Shown here piece by piece: positions 53,965 to 63,808 of a DNA stretch of 64,000 nucleotides. A program made the translations under genes and the position numbers. The stretch comes from Nitrospinales bacterium (GTDB lineage Bacteria; Nitrospinota; Nitrospinia; Nitrospinales; VA-1). Under the pieces are notes generated by a model, which searched no databases, was not told the DNA's origin, and was given only the letters and a program-made list of their open reading frames with translations. Every line of letters starts with the position of its first letter. Within the stretch, counting starts at the first letter, position 1. Location: contig CBDCXL010000002.1 in NCBI GenBank assembly GCA_965223795.1, positions 2,436,030-2,500,029 of the forward strand. The letters are read 5' to 3'.

Positions 53965-56829
53965 ATGTTTACCCCGATATTGAGCCGCAAGTTGAGCCTG
54001 AGCATTCTGGAGAAAACCTTCGGACCCGATCATCCCAAGGTGGCCGAGTCGCTCAGCAACCTGGTCAAGTCCTACAAACACAAGGCGGATTACGACAAAC
54101 TGGAGCCCTTGCTGCAGCGCGCTGTGGAAATGGCGGAAAAGAGCCAGGGACCCGACCATCCGGAGGTGGCGGTCGCGCTCAACGAGCTGGCGGAACTGTA
54201 TCGCAATAAGGGGGATTTCAACAAGGCGGAGCCGCTTCTGCAGCGTTCGCTGAAAATCCAGGAGAAAACCCTGGGCCCGGATCATCCCGATGTGGCCACG
54301 ACGCTCAACAATCTGGCGATCCTGTTCGAGGACATGGGCTTTTACTCCAAAGCCTATCCTCTGCTTTTGCAGTCGCTCAAGATCCGCGAAAAGTCCCTGC
54401 GTCCGGATCATCCGGCGGTGGCCGAATCGCTCAACAATCTGGCGGAACTGTATTATTACGACATGGGGGACTACGCCAAGGCGGAACCCCTGCTTTTGCG
54501 TTCCCTGAAACTGAGGGAAATGGCGCTGGGGCCGGACCATCCCGACGTCGCCTCGACCCTGACCAACCTCGCGGTGCTGTACAAGGCCATGCAGCAGTAC
54601 GACAAGGCCGAACCGCTGGTGGTGCAGGCGCTCGGGATCATCGAAAAGCAGTCCAACGATCTGGAAGTGGCGGAGGCGCTGAATTTTCTCGGCGATCTTT
54701 TGGTCGAGAAGGAGGAGTACTCGAAAGCCGAACCGCATTTTCAGCGGGCGATCAAGATCAAGGAAAAAGTCCTCGGCCCCAACCATGTGGAGGTGGCCGC
54801 GCTTCTGACCCAGCTTGCGGAAGTGTTCCGGCTCATGGGCACGTTCAAGAAGATGGAGCCCCTGCTCAAGCGGGCCCAGAAACTGTACGAGGACGCCCAG
54901 GGGATGGAGCACCCGGATGTGGCCATCGTGCTCAACCAGCTGGGCGACTATTACAAGAACCAGCAGGAATTCGGACAGGCCGAGCCGCTGTACTTGAGGG
55001 CTCTTAAAATCCGGGAAAAATCGCTCACTCCCGACCATCCGGACGTGGCCACGACGGTCAACGGCCTGGCCGGGCTGTACGACGCCCAGGGCAATCACGG
55101 CAAAGCGGAGAAACTCTACCTGCGCGGGCTGGATATCCGGGAAAAGGCGATGGGTCCGCACCATCCGGACGTGGCCCAGTCTCTGAGCAGCCTCGCCGCC
55201 CTGTACCAGGCGACGGGCGAATCCAAGAAGGCGGAGCCGATGCTGCGCCGCTCGCTCAACATCCTGGAAAAATCCCTCGGGCCGGACCATCCGTTCGTGG
55301 TCGAATCGCTCAACAACCTGGCGGAACTGCACAAAAAACTCGGCGATCTCGACAAAGTGGAGCCGCTGCTGCAGCGTTCCCTGAAAATCCAGGAGAAGAA
55401 TCTGGGCGAAAACCACGCCGACGTCGCGCAGGCGCTGCACAACCTGGCGGAACTGTATGAAGAGAAGGGCGATTTCGCCAAGGCGGAGCCGCTGTACACG
55501 CGCTGCCTCAGCGTCACCGAGAAGAACCAGGGCGCGGAACACACCGACGTGGCGTTTGCGATCGACCACCTCGCCGGACTGTACACCGCGATGGGCGATT
55601 ATGCGAAGGTGGAGCCGCTGTACCAGCGGGCGCTGAGCATCCGCGAAAAAGGGCTGGGGCCGGACCATCCGCAGGTCGCCGAATCGCTGTCCAATCTGGC
55701 GGAGCTGTTCCGCAACAAGGGCGATTTCTCAAACGCGGAGCCGCTGCTTCTGCGTTCTTTGAAGATCCGTGAAAAAAGCCTGCATTCAGACCATCCCGAA
55801 GTGGCGGTCACGCTGCACGCACTGGCGTCGCTGTACCGCAGCAAGGGCGAGCTGACGATGGGCGAGCCGCTGTTCCTGCGGGCGCTCAAGATCCGCGAGC
55901 AGTCTCTGGGCCCGGACCACTCGGACGTGGCGGACACCCTGAGCGGGCTGGCGGAACTGTACCGGCTGGGCCGCGAGTACGACAAGGCGCAGCCGCTGTT
56001 CCTGCGGGCGCTGGCGATCCATGAAAAGACGCTCGGCCCGGATCACCCGGAAGTGGTGCGCGCGCTGAACAATCTTGTGGAGCTGTACCAGTCGAAGGGG
56101 GACGTCGCGAAAACCGAACCGCTGCTCGTCCGCCTTCTGCAGATCGCCGAGCAGACGCACGGATCGGACCACATGGACGTGGCCGACGCGCTGTACAACA
56201 TGGCGCAGCATTACGGCGAAATCCAGGATTACAACAAGGCATACCCGCTGCTGCGGCGGGCGCTCAAGATCAAGGAGACGGCGCTCGGGGTGAATCACCT
56301 GGAAGTGGCGGCGGTCGTCAGCCTTCTGGGTGTGATGTACCGGGGCATGAAGGATTACAAAAAGGCGGAACCGTTGTACATCCGGGCGCAGAAAATCATC
56401 GAAAAGAACAAGGGCACGGATCATCCCGATCTGGTGGACCTGCTCAACGGCCTGGGCGAGCTGTACTACGAGATGGGCGACTACCCGAAGTCCGAACCGC
56501 TTTATCAGCGGGCGCTGGCGATCAAGGAAAACCACCTGCGCGTTTTCGAATCGAAGAACCCATCCAACGAAAAAGCTCCGGCCGTGGAGCCGCAAAAGAC
56601 CATTCAGATCGATTTTTCCGCCACAAAGGAACAGCTTTTGTCCATCCTGCCGGCGCTGGCGGAGCTTGCGGAAAAATCCGACGGCAAGACGATCAGCTTC
56701 AAAGTGGGCGCCCGGTCCGAAAACGGGTTCGACCCTTCCTGGTTGTCCTCGGACATTCAGGAACCCCTCCTGACCGCGAAGATCGAGTACGAACTGAAAA
56801 ACCAGAACGGCGGCAAAGGCAAGAAGTGA
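53965..56829 (+). CDS. large TPR protein (about 19 kinesin-light-chain-type 42-aa repeats) with a unique C-terminal domain
   Basis: 954 aa. The repeat unit is LGPDHPDVAxxLNNLAxLYxxxGDYxKAEPLxxRxLxIxEKx. The last roughly 110 aa are not TPR. Confidence 0.92.
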   Translation: MFTPILSRKLSLSILEKTFGPDHPKVAESLSNLVKSYKHKADYDKLEPLLQRAVEMAEKSQGPDHPEVAVALNELAELYRNKGDFNKAEPLLQRSLKIQEKTLGPDHPDVATTLNNLAILFEDMGFYSKAYPLLLQSLKIREKSLRPDHPAVAESLNNLAELYYYDMGDYAKAEPLLLRSLKLREMALGPDHPDVASTLTNLAVLYKAMQQYDKAEPLVVQALGIIEKQSNDLEVAEALNFLGDLLVEKEEYSKAEPHFQRAIKIKEKVLGPNHVEVAALLTQLAEVFRLMGTFKKMEPLLKRAQKLYEDAQGMEHPDVAIVLNQLGDYYKNQQEFGQAEPLYLRALKIREKSLTPDHPDVATTVNGLAGLYDAQGNHGKAEKLYLRGLDIREKAMGPHHPDVAQSLSSLAALYQATGESKKAEPMLRRSLNILEKSLGPDHPFVVESLNNLAELHKKLGDLDKVEPLLQRSLKIQEKNLGENHADVAQALHNLAELYEEKGDFAKAEPLYTRCLSVTEKNQGAEHTDVAFAIDHLAGLYTAMGDYAKVEPLYQRALSIREKGLGPDHPQVAESLSNLAELFRNKGDFSNAEPLLLRSLKIREKSLHSDHPEVAVTLHALASLYRSKGELTMGEPLFLRALKIREQSLGPDHSDVADTLSGLAELYRLGREYDKAQPLFLRALAIHEKTLGPDHPEVVRALNNLVELYQSKGDVAKTEPLLVRLLQIAEQTHGSDHMDVADALYNMAQHYGEIQDYNKAYPLLRRALKIKETALGVNHLEVAAVVSLLGVMYRGMKDYKKAEPLYIRAQKIIEKNKGTDHPDLVDLLNGLGELYYEMGDYPKSEPLYQRALAIKENHLRVFESKNPSNEKAPAVEPQKTIQIDFSATKEQLLSILPALAELAEKSDGKTISFKVGARSENGFDPSWLSSDIQEPLLTAKIEYELKNQNGGKGKK

Positions 56830-56881
56830 TCCCGGGCTGGCGTTCGATTTCATTTCACCCATTCCCAATGCGAGGTGTTCT

Positions 56882-57493
56882 ATGATGAAGCGCGCGAATC
56901 GAAAGCGGTTGTTCCCTGTTGTGCTGGCGTTCGGTATTTTTATGACGGCGCCTCAACTGAGTCCGGCCACGGCGGAAGCGCAGTGGAGCCGGGCGGGCAA
57001 GGCCGATGTGTTCGCGTTTTTCCGCCACTCCGGCGGCGACGACGTGCGGGCGCCGGTGGTCGGAACCCTGGAAGTTTCCGACTTCAATGTGTTCGGCGCG
57101 GGCGCGGGGTACAACATCAATTCGCATTTCAACGTCAACGCCAATCTGCATTATGGAGGCGCGGACTTGAAAGGGAGGGTGATCAGCAGCACCATCACCG
57201 CCGATTCCGATGTAGTCGGCGGGGATTTCAATGTGGATTTCAATGCGCTCAAAACCCGGTTCACGCCCATGTTCTCCGGCGGTATCGGGTTTCTCAACTT
57301 TCATGGCGACGTGAACGGCGTCGATTTCAACGAGACGAACTTTTCCTACAATCTGGGCGGCGGGCTGCGCTGGGATTTCACGGACAAACTGATGCTGAAA
57401 GCGCTGTACCGGCTGACCTGGACGGAGCTGGAAGACACGCGCGAAACACTTCTTCTCGACGCCGTCGAGGTGAAGGTCGGGCTCATGTTTTGA
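56882..57493 (+). CDS. small outer-membrane beta-barrel protein (OmpW/OmpA-barrel-like)
   Basis: 203 aa with a signal peptide. It has GAGAGYNINSHFNVNANL and GGGIGF strands, and the terminal VKVGLMF ends in Phe. Confidence 0.85.
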   Translation: MMKRANRKRLFPVVLAFGIFMTAPQLSPATAEAQWSRAGKADVFAFFRHSGGDDVRAPVVGTLEVSDFNVFGAGAGYNINSHFNVNANLHYGGADLKGRVISSTITADSDVVGGDFNVDFNALKTRFTPMFSGGIGFLNFHGDVNGVDFNETNFSYNLGGGLRWDFTDKLMLKALYRLTWTELEDTRETLLLDAVEVKVGLMF

Positions 57494-57564
57494 CCGGAAT
57501 ATTTTTTATACATCTTGCATGCTCCGCTGATCTGGGAAGCATGTTCAAGGAGTGAACGTAAACA

Positions 57565-58137
57565 ATGGCAAACGCCAACTTCAATCGACAGAAAGTCGAC
57601 CGCAACGGTTCCGACCGCAGGAAGTCGGAGAACCGGAAATCTGACCGGCGCAAGTCCGACCGCAGGAAATCGCGGCGCGGCGCGGCGGAACGGAGGATCG
57701 CGGACCGCAGGTCCCAGGAAAGACGGACTTCCGGCCGGAGAAAAAAGAGGGCGCTGCTGAAAACCACGCTCCAGGGACGAAACCTCAGCGGTCTGAACTT
57801 GAGCGGCAAAAACCTGAAGGGCGTGGACCTGACCGGAGCGGATCTCAGCTACGCCAATCTCAGCGGACTGGATCTGTGGAACACGGTGCTCAGGGACGTG
57901 AACCTCATGGGCGCGGATCTGACCTGGACGGATTTGAAAGGCGCGGATCTTTCCGGCGCGCAGCTTCTGGAAACCAACCTGGCCGAAGCCGATCTGCGCT
58001 TCGCAAAAAATCTCACCGCAGAACAGCTTGAAGGAGCGTTCCTCGATCTCAAAACGCAGCTTCCCGAGCGCATGGAGATCCACTGGATCAATGATGCGGA
58101 ATTTGAAGTGCGGGAAGCCGCCGCCTCGGGAACGTGA
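57565..58137 (+). CDS. pentapeptide-repeat protein with Arg-rich (DRRKS)n N-terminus
   Basis: 190 aa. The N-terminus reads DRRKSENRKSDRRKSDRRKSRRGAAERRIADRRSQERRTSGRRKKR. It is followed by LQGRNLSGLNLSGKNLKGVDLTGADLSYANLSGLDLWNTVLRDVNLMGADLTWTDLKGADLSGAQLLETNLAEADL. Confidence 0.85.
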   Translation: MANANFNRQKVDRNGSDRRKSENRKSDRRKSDRRKSRRGAAERRIADRRSQERRTSGRRKKRALLKTTLQGRNLSGLNLSGKNLKGVDLTGADLSYANLSGLDLWNTVLRDVNLMGADLTWTDLKGADLSGAQLLETNLAEADLRFAKNLTAEQLEGAFLDLKTQLPERMEIHWINDAEFEVREAAASGT

Positions 58138-58432
58138 ATTTTTCCTTTTGTTTTCTTTTTAGATCGTTCTGATTTTGCTTCTCCGATTTTTTTTAATCGG
58201 ATTCCAGCCTTTTCCTGAATCCAACCCTACCTGCATTCTTTTCATCTTCCTCGTCAAGCGGATGAAGGTTTTTCCCTGAATTCCCAATCCTTGCCTTTTC
58301 GGGCATGATTTTTTTTCTGTAATTTTGACTCAATCGTGACACGCGGTTGACGTGCCTGTGACCGTGCGGGCTTATACTTGCGCCTTGGGTCCCGGATGGA
58401 TGGACGACCTGGATACCCGGATTGGAGCAGGT

Positions 58433-59065
58433 ATGTACCCCAAACAGGCAGCGGTCCTTTTCACTTCCCTCATGTTGCTGGCGGCGTGTTCCTCGCAGGA
58501 ACCCGTTCTGGAAAACGCCGGCAACCCCGAACCCGTGCAGGCGCTCGCCACGGACGCCCAGCTCCCTGAAGAAGGCGAGGCGGCGGTCGAAACCGAGCTT
58601 GCGGCACTGCCGCCCGCGGAGACGGAATCCGTCACAGCGGATACAGAATCCATAGAACTTGAAAAAGCGCTCGATCCGATCGAGACGGTGCGCGCGGAAA
58701 TCAAGATCCTCGAAGCGGATCTCATGAAAGCGCCGTTCGATGCGGACATCCGTTTCATCCTGGCGTCGGACTACTGGCGCATCGACGAGCTGGACAAGGC
58801 GGTGGAGTATTTCAACGAAACGCTCAGGCTCGATCCGATGTACCACGCGGCGCACTGGAACCTGAGCGTGCTGCACGACCAGAGAGGGCAGGGGCCGGAG
58901 GCCATCCTGCACATGCAGGCGGCGGAACGGATTTTCTTGGAAAAAGAAGACGTGAAGTCTCTGGCCAAGGCCAGAAGGCTGCTGCGCGGGTATTTCAGCA
59001 AGTACGGGTTTGAGCCTGAGGATTTTGCAATGCCGAAGGGTTTTTTCGCGCGGCTTTTCGATTAA
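58433..59065 (+). CDS. lipoprotein with TPR-like C-terminal region
   Basis: The ATG at 58433 lies 5 nt after GGAG. It has the lipobox LMLLAAC, an acidic linker, and the TPR-like DYWRIDELDKAVEYFNETLRLDPMYHAAHWNLSVLHDQRGQGPEA. Confidence 0.7.
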   Translation: MYPKQAAVLFTSLMLLAACSSQEPVLENAGNPEPVQALATDAQLPEEGEAAVETELAALPPAETESVTADTESIELEKALDPIETVRAEIKILEADLMKAPFDADIRFILASDYWRIDELDKAVEYFNETLRLDPMYHAAHWNLSVLHDQRGQGPEAILHMQAAERIFLEKEDVKSLAKARRLLRGYFSKYGFEPEDFAMPKGFFARLFD

Positions 59066-59098
59066 GAGCGCGCACTCACTTTACAGGAGCGGGATGTC

Positions 59099-59404
59099 AT
59101 GAAGCGTCACACACTGTTCGCCGCGGCTGCGTTCGCCGCGTTCATCGGTATCGGAGTTTTTCTGACCACGGGGTTTGCGCAGGAGAAACACTACGGAGAC
59201 CGGCATTATGGCTATTCTCCGGATCTTTCCAGCTGTGTGTGTTCGGCTCCCCTGGATCTGACCACGCGGGCGAACCGCAGCGTGGGCCGCACATCGAGCC
59301 TGCGTTCGGAGCTGGAACCGAAATTTTTGATGAGCCTGTACAACTGCCAGTGCGGTCCGCTCTACTGCGCCGTTTCGGCCCAGTCGATTTCCTGCCGGAA
59401 ATAA
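59099..59404 (+). CDS. small secreted Cys-containing hypothetical protein
   Basis: 101 aa with signal peptide MKRHTLFAAAAFAAFIGIGVFLTTGFA and six Cys in the mature part. Confidence 0.5.
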   Translation: MKRHTLFAAAAFAAFIGIGVFLTTGFAQEKHYGDRHYGYSPDLSSCVCSAPLDLTTRANRSVGRTSSLRSELEPKFLMSLYNCQCGPLYCAVSAQSISCRK

Positions 59405-59445
59405 TAATTCATCACGCGGTCATTGCCTGGTGCATGGTCCGGCTG

Positions 59446-60669
59446 TCAGGGCTGGATGTCCGTTTCAGGGTTTTCGGCGGTGAGGGTTTCTTCCTGGATG
59501 TCGTCGTTGGTATTTTCCATGTTCATCCCGATGCCGCTGAACGCGTTCAGGGGAACGTTGGAGGTGAGCGTGGCTTCACCGAAAGAATCGGGCGAGGGTG
59601 AAAACGCGTCGAATTCACCGGCCTCATTATCAGGACGTGCCGCGGCTGCTTTTTCTTCATTCTGTCCGGCCTGAACCGTGTCCTCCACGGTTTCTTCGGC
59701 GGCCTCCTCAACAGCCGGTTCGGGCGCGGACGTTTCGGGAACGACCGGGTCCTCGGTCGCCACTGCGCCGCTGTCCACAGGGGCGGAACGTGAAAGAACG
59801 TCCGTTCCTTCCTTGCTTTCTCCGCTCATATCGTTCTCAACCACAGGCGGTTCCTGCGTTTCCGGTTCCAGCTTCGCCACATCGGCGGTGGATTTCTTCA
59901 GCTCGGTCACGATGCTTTTGAGCGCCACCACTTTCGGGTCGTCGGACGGGTGCGACTCTTCGGTCAAAGTCAGCAGGCGCTGGTACAGGGGCAGGGCTTT
60001 TTCGTAGGATTCCTGAATCCGGTACAGGTCGGCAAGATTATGAACGGCAATGCCGATGTGGGCGTGCCCCGGCTCCAGCACGCTTTCGAAAATCTCCAGC
60101 GAGCGCTGGTACAGCGGCTCGGCCTGGGCGTACATTTTGTTCTGTTTGTACAGCTCGCCAAGGTTGTTGAGGGTGCTGGCGACGCTCTGGTGGTCGCTTC
60201 CCAGAGTGTCTTCGCGGATGCGGATGGCCACCCGGTAAAACTGCTCGGCGCGCGAGAACACGCCGGTTTTGCGGTACACGTCTCCCAGGCTGTGCAGCGT
60301 GGACGCCACGTGCGAGTGGTTGGTGCCGAGGATCTTTTTAAACAGGTTGAGCGCTCTCAGAAAATAGATTTCCGCGTCGGAGTAGTTGTTGTCCTTGAAA
60401 TGGATTTCACCGATCTTGTTGATCGTCTTGGCGACTTCAAGGTGGTCGGTGCCGTGGATCTTGATTTTCAGTTCCAGAATGTCCGCCGCGTAGGGAATCG
60501 CTTCCTTATAGTTTCCGGTATCGTAATGCCGGGTGAGTTCCGCTTGCAGTTTTTCCAGCCGCTCTGTGTTTGCCTGCACCGTTTGAAGACTGACGAAAAA
60601 GAGGAGGATCCCGATTGTTAAAATCGTGGATGTCTGTTTTGTGTGCCGAAGAAGGATGCGGCGGGTCAT
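59446..60669 (-). CDS. secreted or anchored TPR protein (KLC-type repeats) with acidic C-terminal tail
   Basis: 407 aa with an N-terminal hydrophobic segment. The repeats read HGTDHLEVAKTINKIGEIHF..., LGTNHSHVASTLHSLGDVY... and LGSDHQSVASTLNNLGELY. Confidence 0.88.
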   Translation of the reverse strand: MTRRILLRHTKQTSTILTIGILLFFVSLQTVQANTERLEKLQAELTRHYDTGNYKEAIPYAADILELKIKIHGTDHLEVAKTINKIGEIHFKDNNYSDAEIYFLRALNLFKKILGTNHSHVASTLHSLGDVYRKTGVFSRAEQFYRVAIRIREDTLGSDHQSVASTLNNLGELYKQNKMYAQAEPLYQRSLEIFESVLEPGHAHIGIAVHNLADLYRIQESYEKALPLYQRLLTLTEESHPSDDPKVVALKSIVTELKKSTADVAKLEPETQEPPVVENDMSGESKEGTDVLSRSAPVDSGAVATEDPVVPETSAPEPAVEEAAEETVEDTVQAGQNEEKAAAARPDNEAGEFDAFSPSPDSFGEATLTSNVPLNAFSGIGMNMENTNDDIQEETLTAENPETDIQP

Positions 60670-61065
60670 GTCACTCTCCCTATATAGGATATAAAATGAA
60701 CCGGTTTAAGGTTGGGGCCTGGCGTTCGCCGGTTGCGGGCTGGGGTCCGGAAAGGCTTGGCGTTTCGGGATGGAATCAGGGTGGAGTGCGCCATGCCCGG
60801 GTGTGTCCGGAATTCCCGCCGGTTCTTGGAAAAATACATTAACTTTCAACATGTTTAAGGTTGATTATTGACACTGTATTCCTCAATATAATCCTTGTCA
60901 ATGTATTCATAATTAAATTTTTTTAAGCATTATCGGAAAGGCTGATATTTAATAAGGTAGCGGGGTTTTTATTTGCCGCCCGGTAGTGAAAATCTAATCC
61001 GGTTTTGACAAAACTGCGTATTTTTAATGCTTTTCAATCTATCTTAATGAAAAGGAAAGGAGTGC

Positions 61066-61596
61066 ATGAACCCCTGGCACGACGTTGATCTCGGCAATGA
61101 GGTTCCGTATCGGATTCCCGCCATTATCGAGGTTCCGAAAGGATCGAAAACCAAGTACGAGCTGGACAAGGACACGGGGCTGATCCGGGTGGACCGGATT
61201 CTCTACAGCTCCGTGCAGTACCCCGCAAATTACGGTTTCATTCCCAGGACGCTGTGCGAGGACCACGATCCTCTGGATATCCTGGTTCTGGGGCAGGAGC
61301 CGGTGTATCCTCTTTCCATCGTGGTCGCCAAGCCCATCGGGCTGATGAAAATGGTCGATCATGGGGAAGCGGATGATAAAATCATCGCGGTGCACGAGCA
61401 CGACCCGGAATACTCGCATTACCAGTGCATGGATGAACTGCCGCCGCACCGGATGAAAGAGGTGAAAAAATTTTTTGAGGATTACAAAGTTTTAGAGAAG
61501 AAACTTGTGGTGGTGGAAGACTTTCTCGGGCAGCAGGAAGCGCTGCAGGTGATCGACGAATCGCTCGAGATTTACCGAAACTCGGTCGCTCCATGA
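61066..61596 (+). CDS. ppa: inorganic pyrophosphatase, family I
   Basis: 176 aa. It reads [41 protein letters not shown] and [12 protein letters not shown]. Confidence 0.96.
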   Translation: MNPWHDVDLGNEVPYRIPAIIEVPKGSKTKYELDKDTGLIRVDRILYSSVQYPANYGFIPRTLCEDHDPLDILVLGQEPVYPLSIVVAKPIGLMKMVDHGEADDKIIAVHEHDPEYSHYQCMDELPPHRMKEVKKFFEDYKVLEKKLVVVEDFLGQQEALQVIDESLEIYRNSVAP

Positions 61597-61680
61597 GGGG
61601 TTGAACGCCCACGCAGGTGTGGTGTTCCGGCGTGGACGGAGCGGCCCAGGATGCCGTTTCGTTCTGTTATTGCGCACACC

Positions 61681-61708
61681 CGGCCGGCATTTCCGCCGGC
61701 CGTTTTTT
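61681..61708 (+). terminator. rho-independent terminator downstream of ppa
   Basis: CGGCCGGC (61681-61688), loop ATTTCC, GCCGGCCG (61695-61702), then TTTTTT (61703-61708). Confidence 0.7.
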
Positions 61709-61723
61709 AAAGGAAGTCAATCG

Positions 61724-61990
61724 ATGGAAGAAAGTTCGTCTGAAAACCGGATCAACGATCCGGACAAGGAGCGGTTCATCCTGAAGTTTCAGGCCGCCAC
61801 CGGGTTCACGGTGGTGCTGGAGTATCCGGGGCCGAAAAAGCTGGAGGCCGACCGCAAAAGGATCGAGGAAGCGGGGCTCACCTGCGAACGCATCCCGAAA
61901 TGGCATGCCAAGTTCGACAGCGCCGACCTGTATATGGACATGCGCAGCCCGGTCTGTGCCGGTCAGTTTGAACTGGAAGACTGGATATAA
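61724..61990 (+). CDS. hypothetical small protein
   Basis: Within ORF 61601..61990. The ATG at 61724 follows AAAGGAAG, just after the ppa terminator. The 88-aa product is MEESSSENRINDPDKERFILKF.... Confidence 0.5.
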   Translation: MEESSSENRINDPDKERFILKFQAATGFTVVLEYPGPKKLEADRKRIEEAGLTCERIPKWHAKFDSADLYMDMRSPVCAGQFELEDWI

Positions 61991-62105
61991 CGTCCGGGTC
62001 TCGTTTGCCTGCCGGGATTCGACTGTTTGCGGAAACGCCGTTTTCCACTCGCGCAAAGCATTGCATGAATGGATAGCGAATTCAGAATGGATTCGTTCAA
62101 ACACG

Positions 62106-62134
62106 TTGACTTCCACCGGGTCGTTTCCGATAAT
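62106..62134 (+). promoter_or_regulatory. sigma-70-type promoter candidate
   Basis: TTGACT (62106-62111), a 17-nt spacer, then GATAAT (62129-62134). It lies about 120 nt upstream of the GTG at 62256. Confidence 0.4.
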
Positions 62135-62255
62135 TAATACAGAAGCCCGTTGTTGAGGGATTGTGTTTCCCGCCTCCGTTCTCAACTCCGCGACCGCTCT
62201 GTCATCCCTCTCAACCCCTCCAGAACTGAACCCTGCCTTTTGAAGGAGGTTTGCC

Positions 62256-63488
62256 GTGAAGCGCTTGTCCGGTTTCTTCCGTTTGGGCCTGTGTCTGCTG
62301 CTTTTTCCGGTCTGTACGCTTGCCGGGGCTCCGGCGATTGCCCTGGGGGAGGGCATTTCGGTGCCGGTCCGGGATCTCGACCGCAAGGCGGCGGATCTTT
62401 TCCGGTCCGGCCGCTACAACGAGGCGCTGCCTCTCGCTTTGCACGCCTTTCGCCTGAAAGAGAAAAAGCTGGGGCCCGGTCATCCGGATCTGGCCGCGCC
62501 GCTCATTCACCTGGGCGACCTGCACCGCAAGCTCGCGCAATACGATGCGGCGGAACCGTTGTACCGGCGCGCGCTGGAAGTGCTGAAGCCGCTGTTGTCG
62601 AAGCGCAACCCGAAACGCGCCGCGGCGATCAACAGCCTGGCGCTGATCCATTTTCAAAAGGGCGAGCACGGCAAGGCGGAAACGCTGTTTTTCCAGTCCC
62701 TGCGCATGTTCGAGCAAATCTACGGCATGCGGCACCCCAACCGCGCGGCCTCCATCAACAATCTGGCGCGTCTTTACGAGAGCATGGGCGAGTACGACAA
62801 GGCCCGCGAGCTGTACGAGCAGAGCCTCAAACTGCTGAAGCGGGCGCTGGGACCGGAACATTCTTATGTGGCGGCTGCGTACAACAACCTGGCCCTGCTG
62901 CATCGAAAAACGGGAGAGCCGGGCGCCATCGAAGGTCTCTATAAAAAAGCGATCCGCATCTATGAAAACGCGGAACTGACGGAGCACCCGCATTTCGCGA
63001 CCACGCTCAACAACCTCGCGGACCATTACCTGGCCTCCCACGTGTACGGTCCGGTCGAACCGCTGCTCCTGCGGTCGCTGTCGATCCGGGAAAAGATTCT
63101 GGGGCGGGAGCATCCCGACCTGGCGTACACCCTGGACAGCCTCGCCGCTTATTACCAGGACGTCGGCCGTTTTTCGCGGGCGAAGGCGCTGGTGACGCGT
63201 TCCCTGACCATCCGGGAAAAAGCGCTGGGCCCGCACCACCCCTATGTGGCGCGCTCTCTGGAAACCCTGGCCGCGCTGCATCAGGAACTCGGCCGCTACG
63301 AGGAGGCGGCGCCGTTGCTCACGCGTTCCTTGAGGATCAAGGAAGACGCTCTGGGGGCGGGGCATCCCGAGGCGGTTGAGGCGCTTAAAAAGCTGGCCGG
63401 GCTGTATGAGGAAAAAGGCGACCACCAGCGCGCCGAACAACTGCACTACAGCGCTCTCAAACTCCAGCGCGGCAACGAAACTCCCTGA
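62256..63488 (+). CDS. secreted TPR protein (KLC-type repeats)
   Basis: The GTG at 62256 lies 6 nt after GAAGGAGG. It has a signal peptide (MKRLSGFFRLGLCLLLFPVCTLAGAPA) and repeats LGPGHPDLAAPLIHLGDLH..., LGPEHSYVAAAYNNLALLH... and LGPHHPYVARSLETLAALH. Confidence 0.9.
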   Translation: MKRLSGFFRLGLCLLLFPVCTLAGAPAIALGEGISVPVRDLDRKAADLFRSGRYNEALPLALHAFRLKEKKLGPGHPDLAAPLIHLGDLHRKLAQYDAAEPLYRRALEVLKPLLSKRNPKRAAAINSLALIHFQKGEHGKAETLFFQSLRMFEQIYGMRHPNRAASINNLARLYESMGEYDKARELYEQSLKLLKRALGPEHSYVAAAYNNLALLHRKTGEPGAIEGLYKKAIRIYENAELTEHPHFATTLNNLADHYLASHVYGPVEPLLLRSLSIREKILGREHPDLAYTLDSLAAYYQDVGRFSRAKALVTRSLTIREKALGPHHPYVARSLETLAALHQELGRYEEAAPLLTRSLRIKEDALGAGHPEAVEALKKLAGLYEEKGDHQRAEQLHYSALKLQRGNETP

Positions 63489-63495
63489 CCGGGCC

Positions 63496-63566
63496 CCGCC
63501 CGGTGGGAACGGGTCGGGCGGCCAGGAGCGGTCTTTCCCTGTTTGCATATGGCGAAACGTTCACGC
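63496..63566 (+). repeat. 71-nt structured repeat, copy 1
   Basis: It is 66/71 identical to 63690-63760. It begins with the hairpin CCGCCCG-N12-CGGGCGG and starts 8 nt after the TPR gene stop. Confidence 0.8.
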
Positions 63567-63689
63567 CCACCTGCTCAGCCATCGGCCGGGCCATGCCCGG
63601 TGAGGACAGGATGAACCGTGAAGGCTCTTCTTTTTTTACTTCCCAGAAAAAAGCGGGCTTCAACTCCGGGTTCGGCGCTGCGCCGGACT

Positions 63690-63760
63690 CCGCCCGGTGG
63701 GAACGGGTCGGGCGGCCAGGAGCGGTCTTTTCCTATTTGCATACTGCGTAACGTTCACGC
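63690..63760 (+). repeat. 71-nt structured repeat, copy 2
   Basis: The first 41 nt are identical to copy 1, with 5 mismatches in the remaining 30 nt. A degenerate third start (ccgggcccctgccggtgg) lies at 63781. Confidence 0.8.
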
Positions 63761-63808
63761 TTGCCCGCTTAACCCTTGTACCGGGCCCCTGCCGGTGGCG
63801 TGAAGCGG

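Noticed and set aside
53944-56868. Minus-strand ORFs of 574 aa and 360 aa
   Set aside because: They are antisense to the 954-aa TPR gene. Their periodic sequence simply mirrors the TPR repeats in reverse frame.
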